Source of the DNA: Cyanophora paradoxa CCMP329
Taxonomy: Eukaryota; Plantae; Glaucophyta
NCBI GenBank assembly: GCA_004431415.1
Contig: QPMI01000671.1
Location: 62,001-126,000 of the forward strand
DNA: 64,000 nucleotides
Direction of reading: 5' to 3'
Shown here: positions 36,291 to 50,635 of the stretch, in pieces
How positions within the stretch are numbered: position 1 is the stretch's first letter
How the letters are laid out: every line of letters begins with the position of its first letter
Notes under the pieces: model-generated
What the model was told of the DNA's origin: nothing
Database searches by the model: none
What the model saw: the letters and a program-made list of their open reading frames with translations, nothing else
Made by a program: the position numbers and the translations under genes

Positions 36291-37012
36291 TTAGAAGCGC
36301 TGAAAATGCGAGTTCCGCACTAGGGCATCCTGCACCACCGATTAATAGATTCACCAATCCATACATGATCAGCGAGCAAACAAACCGCGAATTTGGTCAC
36401 GCTGCAGGGCGCGGGTCAGGCGAGGCGGAGCGCTCCCGGGGGGCGGGTGGCGCGGGGCGTCCGCACTCGGTCGAGGGCATCGAGTAGGCTTCGTTGGGTC
36501 GCTTGGGGTATGGCTCGCGCCAGCCGTACTTCTGTGCCTCGGCTATGGGCTGCGAGAAGCACTCGTTCGGCGCAGCCTTCCTCCGCTTCTGCTGCTCGTG
36601 GAACTCGCGCAGGAGCTGCCCCGATGAAAACTGTGCGACGTTGAACGTTTAATCAGCGCTGGCTGAAGTGAACCTCAAAGCTGACACGTGCGGCGGACCT
36701 CCTTGGCTTGCGCGGTCTTCACTGTCACCGTCATCGAGTGCATTGTTCCCGTTTCGTCGAGCTTCGTGGTTGTGATAGGAGGCTCAAGAGGCGCGTACGG
36801 GTCGGCCTGCGATCGAATTCGTTCTAAATTCGCGGGCGGGGCGTGTCGCGGCGGCGCGGGGCGTGACAGCAAGAGGTGAGGCATACCAAGTACGTGAGTC
36901 CTATCCGAAAAAAAAAGAGGAATCAGCTTAGCTGTGTGAGGCCTTTTGCAGGAGGGCGAGGGGCGGGGACCCAGCGGGCGGGCCGGTACGGCCACGGGGC
37001 GCCTAGAAGCAT
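36291..37012 (-). CDS. TEX49/SPMIP11-like small axonemal microtubule inner protein (116 aa, 6 exons)
   Basis: Exons 37012-37003, 36900-36887, 36806-36699, 36630-36467, 36401-36386 and 36329-36291 total 351 nt and join in frame: MLLGLTYLADPY...PNECFSQPIAEAQKYGW...STDVTKFADALVRNSHFQRF*. Confidence 0.75.
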
Positions 37013-37658
37013 ACTAATCAGGCGAATCAGCCGGACGGGCAGGCAAGCGCGCGGCAAAGATACGATCATAAAGATATGTCGAGCCTCGTCGGGCCGCCCG
37101 TCTGAACCGGCGCGAGGAGGGGACCCGACGGCCGACACGGGGCGCACGGGCGCGGCGCGGCGCCATATATCGATATCCTAGCTTAACTTCAGTGCTGCAG
37201 CCAGTTTATCCTATCGCCGCGGCGGCGGGGCCAGGTAGCAACGGACGAAAGCCGGCCCCGAAAATAGAGCATCTCGTGGCTGGGGGCGCGCTGGCTCACC
37301 AAAGAACCCAGCCATAGGATACTAAGCCGCTCCTCTCTTGCGCCGCGCCGCAAGTAGTCAGTTGTGTCCTGCCTTGAGAGTGGCGAGGTAGCGAGGCCCG
37401 AGATTATAGGATCGGTTCCGAGCAACCTTGGCCACGCTAATCTACGGGTGCGCTTCTTCCGGAGGTGGTTTGCTGAGCTTTGCTGTTTGCTGAGAACTTT
37501 TGCTGAGAAATTTGCTCGGAGACCGGGGTACGTGAAATTGGACGTCGGCTGCTGGTCTTGTAGCGCGGCGGATAGTGCATCTTCTATCTTGCGGCTGACA
37601 GAGCGTGAGGCGGGGTCCGCCCGGATCTGCGGAGCGCGAGGCCCGCCTTCCAACCACT

Positions 37659-40600
37659 ATGGACGGGGAGTTCGGAGAGTTCCCGGACAGCTTCGAGGGC
37701 GATAATCTAGGTGGGTTCTGTAGTATGCACTCCCCTCTCCGCACTCGCCCGTCGCGGAACTGCTTCCCGCCCAAGCGGCCGCTCCAGTCGTACACGCTCG
37801 TTGATCCCCTGCCAGTCTCCGCTGATTCGAGTGCATGCGCAGTCGATTCTGATGGCCCTGGGCTCGAAGACCTCACGCAGGACGAGAGCCTAACAGAAAT
37901 GCAGCGCCTGGAGCGGTACCTCACTTCCTCCGTCGCCCTACAAAGGTCAGCGGCTTTAAAAGAGATCCTGCTTTCGTTTTTGGCCTTGCCCTGAAACGCT
38001 CGCGGCGCCCGCCCGTCCTGTGCAGGCTCAGCCACATCAAAGATATAGGCATCCACGTGAGGGCAGGAGGCTTCAGCGAGAGCCGAGCGGCACTATTTCC
38101 ACTGCTGCAAAAACTTTCGGAGGACGAGCAGGATATTCGCGCGTCGTTTGCCCGCCAGCTCTCCGAGATAGCGGCGCTGTTCGTCGAGGTAAGGGGCACT
38201 TCTGCGATCGCGGTCATATCTTAGCTAACGGTGCTTGGAACAACGCTCAGCATGACGCTTACTCCGATGTCGAAAACGTGCTTCTTCCGCTTTCCGTGCG
38301 CCTCCTCAACGACGATCTGCCGCAAGTGCGCCCGCTCGTTCAAATCGCGCGCAATTCCCCGCCAAGCGCGCCGCGCAGGTGCGGGAGGCAGCATGCGACG
38401 GTCTCATTCAAATGGCCCCGCTCCTGCGCTCGGCCGAAGTGGAAGGCCTTGTTCTGCCCCTCTTTGTGAAGCTGGCCGCAGCGGAATGCGAGGACACCCG
38501 ATGCCTCGCCGCCAAGGTCTCTCTCTTTCTTCCTTTCTTATCTCAACGCGGTGCTGCCTCCCCTAACGGATCCATAGGCACTGAATGAGGTTGCCGAGTG
38601 GGCGCCGCGCGAAGTGATCGAGCGCGTTGTGCTTCCGGAGATCGAAAAGTTGTGCGAGGACTCCGTGTTTCGTGTCCGCAAGGTGCGACCGACGTTTGCG
38701 CGCGGCGCTCGAAGCCCCGCAAACCGCTGCCCTCTAGGTCCAGGCCCTCAATCTGGACCGCGTGGCGCACACAGTCGGCGCTGAGACGACGACGGCCCGT
38801 ATCGTGCGTGCAGCTGCCGCACCGTCCCGAGTAGCGGCAACCTCGCCCCGCTCATTCCGCGCCCGTCCGGGAACAGGTGCCGCTGTTCGCGAAGCTCGCG
38901 GAGGACGAGGTGTGGGGCGTGCGGAAGGCATGCGCGGAGGCGGTGGTGGCGCTGAGCAACGCGCTCGCTCCAGAGGCGCGCGTCTCGACGCTGCTGCCCA
39001 TCGTGGAGAAGTACACGCAGGACGTGTGCCGCGCTTGCCCAAGCGCCCGCCCGCACCGCGCGCTCAGCTGCAACGATGCCGTGCAGGCGTCCCGCTGGGT
39101 GCGCACGGCGGTCTTGCAACAGCTCGGCCCGTTCCTGGCGACGCTGCGCGGGGGCGACATCCCCGCGAGCGCCCTCTCGAGCTACACAGCGATGGCGACG
39201 CAGACGCAGGACCCGGAGCTCTGCCGCTTCTGCGCCTTCAACTTCCCGGCTGTAGCGCTCACGCTGGGGCGGGAGCGCTGGGGCGAGCTCAAGGGTACGT
39301 ACGAGACGCTGGCGGCGGACCAGCAGTGGAAGGTGCGGCGGACGCTTGCGTTCAGCGTGCACGAGATGGCGCGCATCCTCGGGCCGGAGGTGACGGCGGG
39401 GACGCTGCTGCCGATCTTCGACGGGTTCCTGAAGGACCTGGACGAGGTCAAGGTGGGCGTCGTGCGCCACCTCGCCGCCTTCCTGCGGCTCCTGGAGCCC
39501 GAGGCGCGCGCCCGCTACCTGCCGGCCGTGGAGGCGGTGGCGCGGGAGGAGAACTGGCGCTTCCGCAAGCTCCTCGCCAAGCAGCTCGAGGACCTCGCCG
39601 CCATCTTCGACGCCCCCGCCCTGCCCCGCGTCCTCCTCCCCGTCGCCCTCCGCCTCTGCCGCGACCCCGTCCACCGCGTCCGCCACCGCGCCCACACCGC
39701 CGTGCGCCCGGCCCCCCCTGCCCTGCCTCTCCCCGTCGCGCCGCTCACTCCCGGCACGCCAGGCCGCGGCGCTCTTCTGCGTGACCGCGAGGGACCCCAT
39801 GCCGGCCGCCGTGGTCCCGGGGGAGGAGCCGGCCCCGCACATCGCCCTCCTCGGCGAGATTCAGAAGTTCGCCGGCGACCGCAGCTTCGTCCACCGCCAA
39901 ACGTGCGCCCGCCCCGCCCCGCTCCGCCCCGCCCGCCCCGCTGCGTACCGCCGGCCGGCCGGCTCATGACGCTGCCCCGTGCCCCGCTCAGCTACGTGCG
40001 CATCTGCGAGGAGGTATGCGTGCGGATGCTCCCGCCCGCGCCGCCCTCGCGGGTCGCGCCTTCCTCGGGCTCCTCGCCCGCCCGCGGGACGCCGCGGGGC
40101 ACGCCGCGGGACGCCACGCCCCGTACGGCGGGACCCTCCTTGGAGCCGAGGGAACGGGAGCAGGAGAGCGCGGCGCGGGCGGCGGAGCGGGAGATCCTGC
40201 CGCGGGCGGTCGAGCGCGAGCTGCTGCCGCTGCTGGGCCCGCTGGCGCACGACCGCGTGCCGAACGTGCGGATCGCGCTGGCGCGGCTGCTCTCGGGCCC
40301 GCTGCGCTCGCACCCGTTCTTCGTGGAGCACGGGGAGACGGTGGCGCTGCTGGACCTGCTCGGGCAGGACCGCGACCGCGACGTCCGCCACTTCGCCTCG
40401 CTGCCGCCGGCGCGGGCCCCCTCGCCCAGCCCCTCCATGGCCGCCACCGTCGACGACAGCGTCCACGACATCGACGCCGTCAGCGTCGCCTCCGCCGGCA
40501 GCTCCGGCAGCGTCGGCAGCGCCGGCGCCCCCCTCTCCCCCGCCCGCTCCGCCTCCCCGGCCCGTCCCGCCCCGGACGCCCTCCGCTCCTCCCTCTCCCC

Positions 40601-41588
40601 ATCTCCTTCCTCCCCGCAGCCAGGCGCGGCTGTCTCCCCGGTCCCTGTTTCCAGCGGAGGCAGCGGCGGCAGCGGCGGCAGCGGCGCCGGCGGCAGCAGC
40701 AACAACGCGCCGGTGGAGTCCACGGCAGCGAGCCCTGTGCAGCTCTCCAGCCAGAGCACGAAGCACGGGAGCAGCGAGTCGCGCCGCAACTCGGAGGACG
40801 GCGCCGAGGCGGAGGCGCCGGCGGCGGGCGGTGCGGCGCAGGAGGCCGGGCACGGGCACGGGCACGGGCACGGGGCGGCGCACCCACACGCGCCGCACCA
40901 CCACGGCCACGGCCACAACCACGCGCTCGCGCTGCCCGAGCCCGAGGGCGAGGAGCTGCGGCACCGCGTTGGGCGCGCCTCCCCCGAGGGCGAGTTCGCG
41001 CGCTTCCCCGCCTCGCCCCCGCCCCGCAATGGCGGCACCCCCGGCTCGAGCCCCATCAAAAAGCTCTCCCCCTCCATCGCCCTCGCCCACGCCGCCCCGG
41101 CCCCCGACGCCTCCCCCGTCTTCTTCCCCGCCCTTCCGCCGCCCGTCCCCGACGCCGCCGTCGCCCCGGAGAACGTCCTCTCGGCGGCGGAGGCCGCCCT
41201 TGAAAGCAACGGGGTGCGGAGCACGTTCGCGCGGCGGCGGCCGCCGCGGGAGCGCGCGCACGAGAAGAGCCACGTGCGGCACCGACGGGACAGCCAACCG
41301 CGATCTTCGTCCGGCGGCGAGGGCGACGGCGGATCCGTCTCTCCCGTCGACAGGCCGCGCTCCCCCGCCGACAGCCCGATGAGTCCGGCGTCCGGCGCGG
41401 CGTACCCCCCGACGCTCTCCCTGCTGGCCGAGACGGAGGCAGCGAGGCGGGACGGGGTGGATGCGCCGGAGTCGCCGACTCTGTGCCATTGCGGTGACTG
41501 TGGGGCACACAAGTCATCCCACCACGCCCGGCAGCTCAACGGCTGGCACCACCAGCCCGAGCTCCTCGCCGACTCGCCCGGCCACTGA
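37659..41588 (+). CDS. PPP4R1: Protein phosphatase 4 regulatory subunit 1 (HEAT repeats)
   Basis: LCEDSVFRVRK, LAEDEVWGVRKACAE, SRWVR, CAFNFPAVALTLGRERWGEL..YETLAADQQWKVRRTLAFSVHEMARILG, FLKDLDEVKVGV, NWRFR, DRVPNVR. Confidence 0.9.
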
Positions 41589-41990
41589 TCGCCCAGCTCT
41601 CGGACCCTTTCCTCTTTATATTCGTTCTTTAGTTTGAGGGACAGGGGATTGAAGTGAGGGTAGGGGGTGCCGTGCCGTGTAGGTGGCCCATGCTTAGCTA
41701 AGAGTCGCACGTTCTTGCCTAGCGTTTACCTTTCGATTCTTTATAATCGTCTTTCCGCTTTTTTAAAATGTTAGCTTTTATGTGGTTACGTCTACTAGGC
41801 TAGTTTCCTTGAAGGAATGCGAGGTTTAAATGCATGTGAAACGCAAGCCTCAGAGTTCGAGTCTCGGATGTATGTACTAGTGTACGAATTCGAAGGGCAT
41901 CGATATCGTGAAATTCAATGATTAAAGGGGGGCTGCACAGTGCAGGCTCCGCCGGGCCGGACTGACTGGAGGGAGTCTGATTTGCCCGCA

Positions 41991-43041
41991 TCAGGTGCCA
42001 GCCCCTTCGAGGCCCATGAGCCCCACCCTCCGGGAAACCTCGTCCTCGAGCTCTTTTAGCCGGGCGCGCGCTTGCGCCACCTTCAACCTCGCGAGGGACA
42101 GGTCCTGCGGGCAGCAAATGAACGTCGACCAGCGCTACTCGGCGAGTCGGAAGGATGGCTCGCACCGGAGGGAGGTCCAGGTACGACCTCAGCTTCGAGA
42201 GCAGCGGCTGGGTGACCGTCTTGATCTCCTCCACCTCGGCCGCCTGCCGTGCCGCCCTCGGGAAAGAGCGCGCGAATTGCAGCGTGGAACTCACTATCTT
42301 CACTAGCATTCCGTGCTCAACCTCATCCTTGTTGTATCCGGCGCACTGCAGCATTCGCTGTGCGACAGGATGAGAGCTCGAGCGCGGCATGCATCGCTTG
42401 CTCGCGGCAGACCTGCTGCTTCTCGATCTCTCTTGTGTACTCTTCCCGCTTCGCCATCAACGCCTCCAGCTCTGCTTGCCGCGTGTCGTACGACGCTTGC
42501 GCCTCCGCCTCCTTCCGCACAGCGGCATCGTACGCCCTGCACGCGGCAGTCAGCGCGCATCGCCAGCACGCGAACACACGAATTCTTACTTCTTAACGCT
42601 CCGATGCAGCTCCTCTGCCTTGTCCGCGGCCTCCTTCTCTGTCTTCAACTCCTCCTGCTCCTCCTCGGCCTTCTCTGCCAACTCAAAGAGTTCTCGCTGC
42701 AGGTTGTCGATGGCGATGTACATGCTGTGTCGCTTCAATTCCAAGGGCGAGTGCGCGGCGGCGTCGGGACCTGTTGAGAGTTGGCTCTCGCAGCTCTAGC
42801 TCGCTCGCTGCCTCGGCGAGGGCGCGAAGCATGGACTGCGCGTCTGCAGGTAAGTTCTTTGAGCTCATGCCGAGCCTCTGCAGCATTGCCTCGAGCTGCT
42901 GCGCTGCGGTGTACGGTCAACGGCGCGACAAACCGTGGCGGCGGGACGTGGCGTACCTCGCTGCTCGTATGTGCGCGCTCGTCTTCGCGAAGCCGCCAGC
43001 TCTATATCGATCGTCTCCTCGGCCGGCGCTGGCGAGGCCAT
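41991..43041 (-). CDS. HAUS1: Augmin/HAUS complex subunit 1
   Basis: RARTYEQRAQQLEAMLQRLG, LRALAEAASELEL, GYNKDEVEHGMLV and the C-terminal signature PLLSKLRSYLDLPPDLSLARLKVAQARARL. The N-terminus is shorter than typical. Confidence 0.8.
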
Positions 43042-43077
43042 CGCGTGGGTACTGCAAACGCATCAGTTAGCTGGCGG

Positions 43078-45365
43078 ATGTCCGAGAGCAGCGAGGAGCA
43101 GCCGGCGAAGCGCGTACGCATTGAAATGGCGGTCTCGCTCACACCTGCAGAAGGCAAACTATTCGATCTGCTCCTGTCGGTCGTACGCGACCGCAAACTC
43201 GACACTACTCTGCGCGTTGCCGGGGGCTGGGTGCGCGACAAGGTGCGTCTCAGCTCGTGCGCTTGAGCGCGCGGCGCGCTCCCTCGGATCGGAAGGGAGA
43301 GCACAGAGGTCGAGGTGACGATTGTGCGCAGGTGCTGGGTCGCGAGAGCCATGACCTGGACATTGCGCTGGACAATATGCTTGGGCGCGAGTTCGCAGAG
43401 CACATCGACAGGTCGCGGCCGCAGCGTCTGCGACCGACGCCCGATTTGATCGTACGCAGGTACATGAAAGAGAAGCTGGGCAAGGGCTGTGGCGTCGCGG
43501 TCATTCAGTCGAACCCAGACCAGAGCAAGCACCTTGAAACCGCCCGCGTGAAAATCGATGGCGCCTGGATCGACTTCGTCAACCTGAGGTCTGAGACGTA
43601 CACCGCTGACAGCCGGATCCCGGAGATGGTGCGCACACGCATTGCACCGCAAAACCGTTTTCGCACTTGCTCTGAATGCTTGGAAGGCATTCGGAACCCC
43701 GGAGCAGGATGCCCTTAGGCGCGATCTCACCATAAATGCCCTCTTCTACAACGTCAACAGAGGAGAGGTAGAGGACTTCACGGGCCGGGTGCTCTTTGAT
43801 CATACTCCTGTCTGGCATCGTGCAAACTGGTTCCGCAGGGGATCGCTGATCTTCGGGAAGGTGTCATCCGGACTCCGCTGCCTCCCCTGACCACGTTCCT
43901 CGATGACCCTCTCCGTGTTTTGAGGGCGGCGCGGTTTGCGAGCCGCTTCGGGTTCACCGTAGACAGCGAGTTGTCTGCGGCAGCTGGCAACCCGGACGTC
44001 AAGGTGTGCTTTGCTTGAAATTTTAATTGCTGCTCTTTTGCTGCTGCTGCTGACAACATGCAGAATGCATTGATGCACAAGATCAGCCGAGAGCGTGTTG
44101 GTGTAGAGGTTGACGGGATGCTCGCTGGGCCTCGGCCAGCAATGGCACTTGGATTGCTTCACCGAATGGGCCTCTTTGCGGTGGTCTTTTCATCTCCTCC
44201 TGGCTCACGTGTGCTCGCTGGACTTTGGTAACATTGGTCAAACCCTGACGGCTTTCTTTGTGTAGCGGAGCTCATCGGAGACTTCGATAAAGAGTCCATG
44301 GGGTTTGTCCTCAAGGCAGCAAGGTGTCCTTTAATTTCGCCGCTGAGGTGGCATGGCCTTATCTGATCGTTTTTAGAGCTCTCCAGTATCGGACCAAACA
44401 TGAAGATGCCATGGAGGCCGAGGATCGGAAGATGCTATTTTTGGCTGCTCTTGTTTGGAACCTTAGGACGTTCTCCTGCCTGGATGCTCGCAAAAAGCCC
44501 CTTCCCCTCGTCAAGCACATCATCCGTGAATCACTGAAGGTGGGTGCAGCCGCCCACTCAGTCTCTGTTTCTGTTCTTTTTACACTGTTTACAGCTGAAG
44601 GCGAAAGATGCGGACAATGTCCATCTCGCACTAGAGTGCTATCCGGACTTTCAGGAGCTCTGTCGCCTTCATGCCAAACAGGTCAGATTTTGTAGTGCAT
44701 TGATCCTGTTCAATCCTCTCACTCCCATTTGCTTAGGCACCGCTGGCCGACCGGAAGAAAGCAGGTTTGAAATCGCGCTCTGCATTTTTGGCTCTATTGG
44801 AAACTAACCTACCAGAACCAGGGCTGGCAATGCGCACAGCAGGACCCCTGTGGAGTGTTTCGCTTGATCTTGGAGCTGTGGTGGACTTGCAGGGCTCTTA
44901 TAGCTTGGATGCCCCTCTGAACACTCTGGATACATCATTGCGTGAGTTGGAGTCGGATAGCTTTCTCCACTCTTTGCTAACTATCTGTCAGCTGATAATG
45001 GAGACGAGGCGGTTTGTGCAAGATACACATCTTTGCGGAACCGCCTCCACGACATGGGCCTCGTGGGCGCATGGGACTTCAAGCATATCTTGAATGTAAG
45101 TGTGTGGCTTGTACTCCTCGCTTCCATCTAGATTGCTGATGCAATGACAGGGACAGGAGGTCATGGCCGCTCTGAACATGAAGGGCGGTGGCCCAAAGCT
45201 TGGTATTCTCATGCAGGTTTGCAGTTCTTGTTTTGTGCTCTTTGTGCATGGTTGATACATACTTGGCTGCAGCGCATCATGGAGTGGCAGCTCGAGCATC
45301 CCGCTGGCACCAAGGAGGAGTGCCGAGAGTGGCTGATTGCCGCGGAAGAAGCAGCAGGCAAGTGA
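43078..45365 (+). CDS. CCA1: CCA tRNA nucleotidyltransferase (class II, CCA1-like)
   Basis: LRVAGGWVRDKVLGRESHDLDIALD, NPDQSKHLETA, DFVNLRSETY..SRIP, FGTPEQDALRRDLTINALFYN, TFLDDPLRVLRAARFASRF, KISRERVGVEV, EWQLEHP. Confidence 0.93.
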
Positions 45366-45385
45366 TTCAGGCAAGATTGTAAACA

Positions 45386-46974
45386 TCAGTCAGAAAACCG
45401 ACGTCGAACTGCTTCTGGGTCGGACTCCCAGTACCAGGGAGGATGCAAATGCGCTAGTGCTGGATTGAACCTATACTGCATGAATAGTTCTTCCTGCACA
45501 GTGGGTGAGAGCGTGATTGGCAGGTCAGCTGATCAGGTCACACACCCCAGCCTTGACATGTGTCTTTGCAACAATCGCGAAAGCCCGGTAGTCTGGCTGG
45601 GAGTTCGTGAACATGCCTCCTTCGAGGTAATACCTGTTCGGGATCCTGGAGAATATACCAGTCAAATAAGCAGGATTGATCAGTCAAATGAGCTAAAGAG
45701 TAAGGCTGGATGTTGGACTCTTTGCAAGACGCGCACCAGGGAAGCAGTTTTCCCCACGAGCTGTCATCCCTTGGCCACTGTGAAGGGGCCTTGATGACGT
45801 TTGCTGCACCACCCTTGGGTGGATGATTCACAAGATGGCCGAGGGCAAGCGGATTCCTGCGGTCTGGTCCAATCTTCACTCCACGTGCTTTATGGTCAGC
45901 AACGGGCCCAATAGGAGAGCGCCACGGTTCGATAGGTTCTGCTGCCGCTGCATGTTCTTCCTGCTTTTCCTCCTCGCGCTCCGCTCTCTCATCTCTTTGC
46001 TCTGGTCTGAGTCGCATATCAACCAACTTGGGCTTCTTTGCTGGGACCTGCGGTTTCTCTGACGGTTCAGGTAATGTCTGCCCTTCTCCCATAGCCTTCA
46101 CCCTCCGCAAAGCTTCAACCGCTTTCTACTGAACTGATGAGCGCGGATACGGTTCGCAGTGTCATTCAGCAAACGTGTTCGCTGACCTCGGGAGGGTTGA
46201 TGTCCCACCACCGTGCATCAAGCATCACGCCATCGTAATGTACGTGAAGCTGATCATTGTCCTTCGCAATCTGCATAATTTGTTAGGTCTGTATCAGCTG
46301 GCAAAAAAGGCGGAGGCACACGTTGGGGTAGTTCGGCATTTCCCTGCCAAACAGAGGAAGCCAGATGAGGCCCGGCACGAATGCGACCAGCTGTCCCGGT
46401 CGCAGAGATCCACTCTGCGAGAACTGTAGCAATTGTATTGTGCTAGTCAACCGAATAAGGCGTACCGCGAGGAAAAGCCCGTCGCCAGCTCCAGGAATGG
46501 AGCTCGGGCGCCGCTGCAGCGAGTATCCAATTTTTGCAGCAAGCCTGCGCAACGCGAGTGAATGATGCATTTGAAGAACCTGTAGCTGCGTCAGGGACTG
46601 TGCACCGCGTTTGGACCGGGACGTCCGATGACTCGCCGAAGACCTCCTCCAGACTTTCGAGAAGCGGCCGTGCCTGCTTACAGAGCGCCCTGGTGACCTC
46701 AAGCTCTTTCCGCCAAGTCGCGACGTGCGCCTGCTTCATGGCCGCCTCCGCAGCAGCATCGCCGCCCTCGTAGTAGCTAAGCAGGAGCTGCAGCTCGTGC
46801 AGGTCCGCCGATTCCTGCAGCTTGCGATCCGAGCCGCCTAGAAAGTTCTTTGCAGCCTGCGCGCATGTAGTCAGGGGCGCGCAAGCTGGTGAGGCGCGAG
46901 ATCTAGAGGCGCACGGCGGATACGCGCGAGAAGAGCCCCGCCGCCGGGCGGGTGACGCGCATCGCGCCGGACAT
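45386..46974 (-). CDS. SET domain protein, SETD9/C5orf35-like
   Basis: GYSLQRRPSSIPGAGDGLFL, GQLVAFVPGLIW, YDGVMLDA, RRNPLALGHLVNHPPKG..NV, EELFMQYRFNP..PPWY..RRRFSD*. Confidence 0.8.
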
Positions 46975-47834
46975 CCGATTACGAGATCGAAAGTGGCTGA
47001 GGTTGTCGATTGCAATTGCTGCAGCTCGCACAGCGACGGTCCGGCTTTCGTCCGCTCGCGGCCGGCGCTCGCGCAGCGCTCGTGCTTCTCGCAACTGCAA
47101 GCTGCGATGCGGGGAGCCGTACGTATACGTGCGTGCGCCGGCGCCGATATCGGTCGAGCGGCGAGCGCGCCGAGCGGCCAGCGTGGCCCAGCGACCAGGC
47201 CGGGGTACGTATACAGGCCGGGGTACGTAGGTATACGTAAGTAGCCATAGCTAGCGCAGCTATCATAGTATACGTATAGATCTAGCTAGATGCGTTTATA
47301 CCGGTACGCGTGCATGTGCGCATGCGAGACGTCGACGTCGACGCGCGCCCGCGGCCGCCGGGCCGGGCCCGGCCGCGCCGCGGGCCGGCGCCGGCCAGCT
47401 GCAGGCCACGCGGCGTCGACCGCGACGTCCAACGTTAACGGTCGACTCCGAGGCTCGGCGACTCGGCGATGCGCGTGGGCCGCGCCGGGCCGCTGGGCCG
47501 GGATATCGATATCGATGTCGACGTCGATGCGCGTGGCCCGCACAGTGCCACGGTGCACGCGTACGTGGTACGTATACCAGTGCCATAATTATAATTCATC
47601 GGAGCTCGATATGCCTGCACGTGCCCGTCCTACAGCGCTAGCTGCGTAATTCGCGCACTAGCGCTAGCTGCCGCATGCGCAGTGCCGGACTTTCCAAATG
47701 CGGAATGAAACTGTCCTTAACAAAGCTAGCAGACGTATGGGGGGCCGAGGCGGGAGAGCGGAGGGGTCTCTCTCGGAGGGGGTCTCTCAGGGGGTACCGT
47801 GGGGCGGGGGCGGAGAAGGACGAGACGACGGGGG

Positions 47835-50511
<2,677 letters not shown>

Positions 50512-50635
50512 CTTGTGGGCACCGCGCTGCAGGAGTCTGCAGCACGATAGCGGCTGCCAAACTGTTCGCTCTGCCGCTTGGTCTCGCTTTTTCGGCGCTG
50601 TACCCCAGAAGAAGCTAGTTCTTCCGTGCGGCGAG

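Noticed and set aside
36390-36403. TTTGGTCACGCTG resembling a hAT terminal repeat
   Set aside because: No partner TIR; it is explained as the acceptor plus 16-nt exon of the SPMIP11-like gene.
37240-37256. GGACGAAA (and CTGATGA at about 1102) as hammerhead ribozyme cores
   Set aside because: The complementary core half and stems are missing in each case.
37468-37520. Four tttgctgag-like motifs upstream of PP4R1
   Set aside because: Could be a promoter element, but it is too short and not seen at other promoters in the window.
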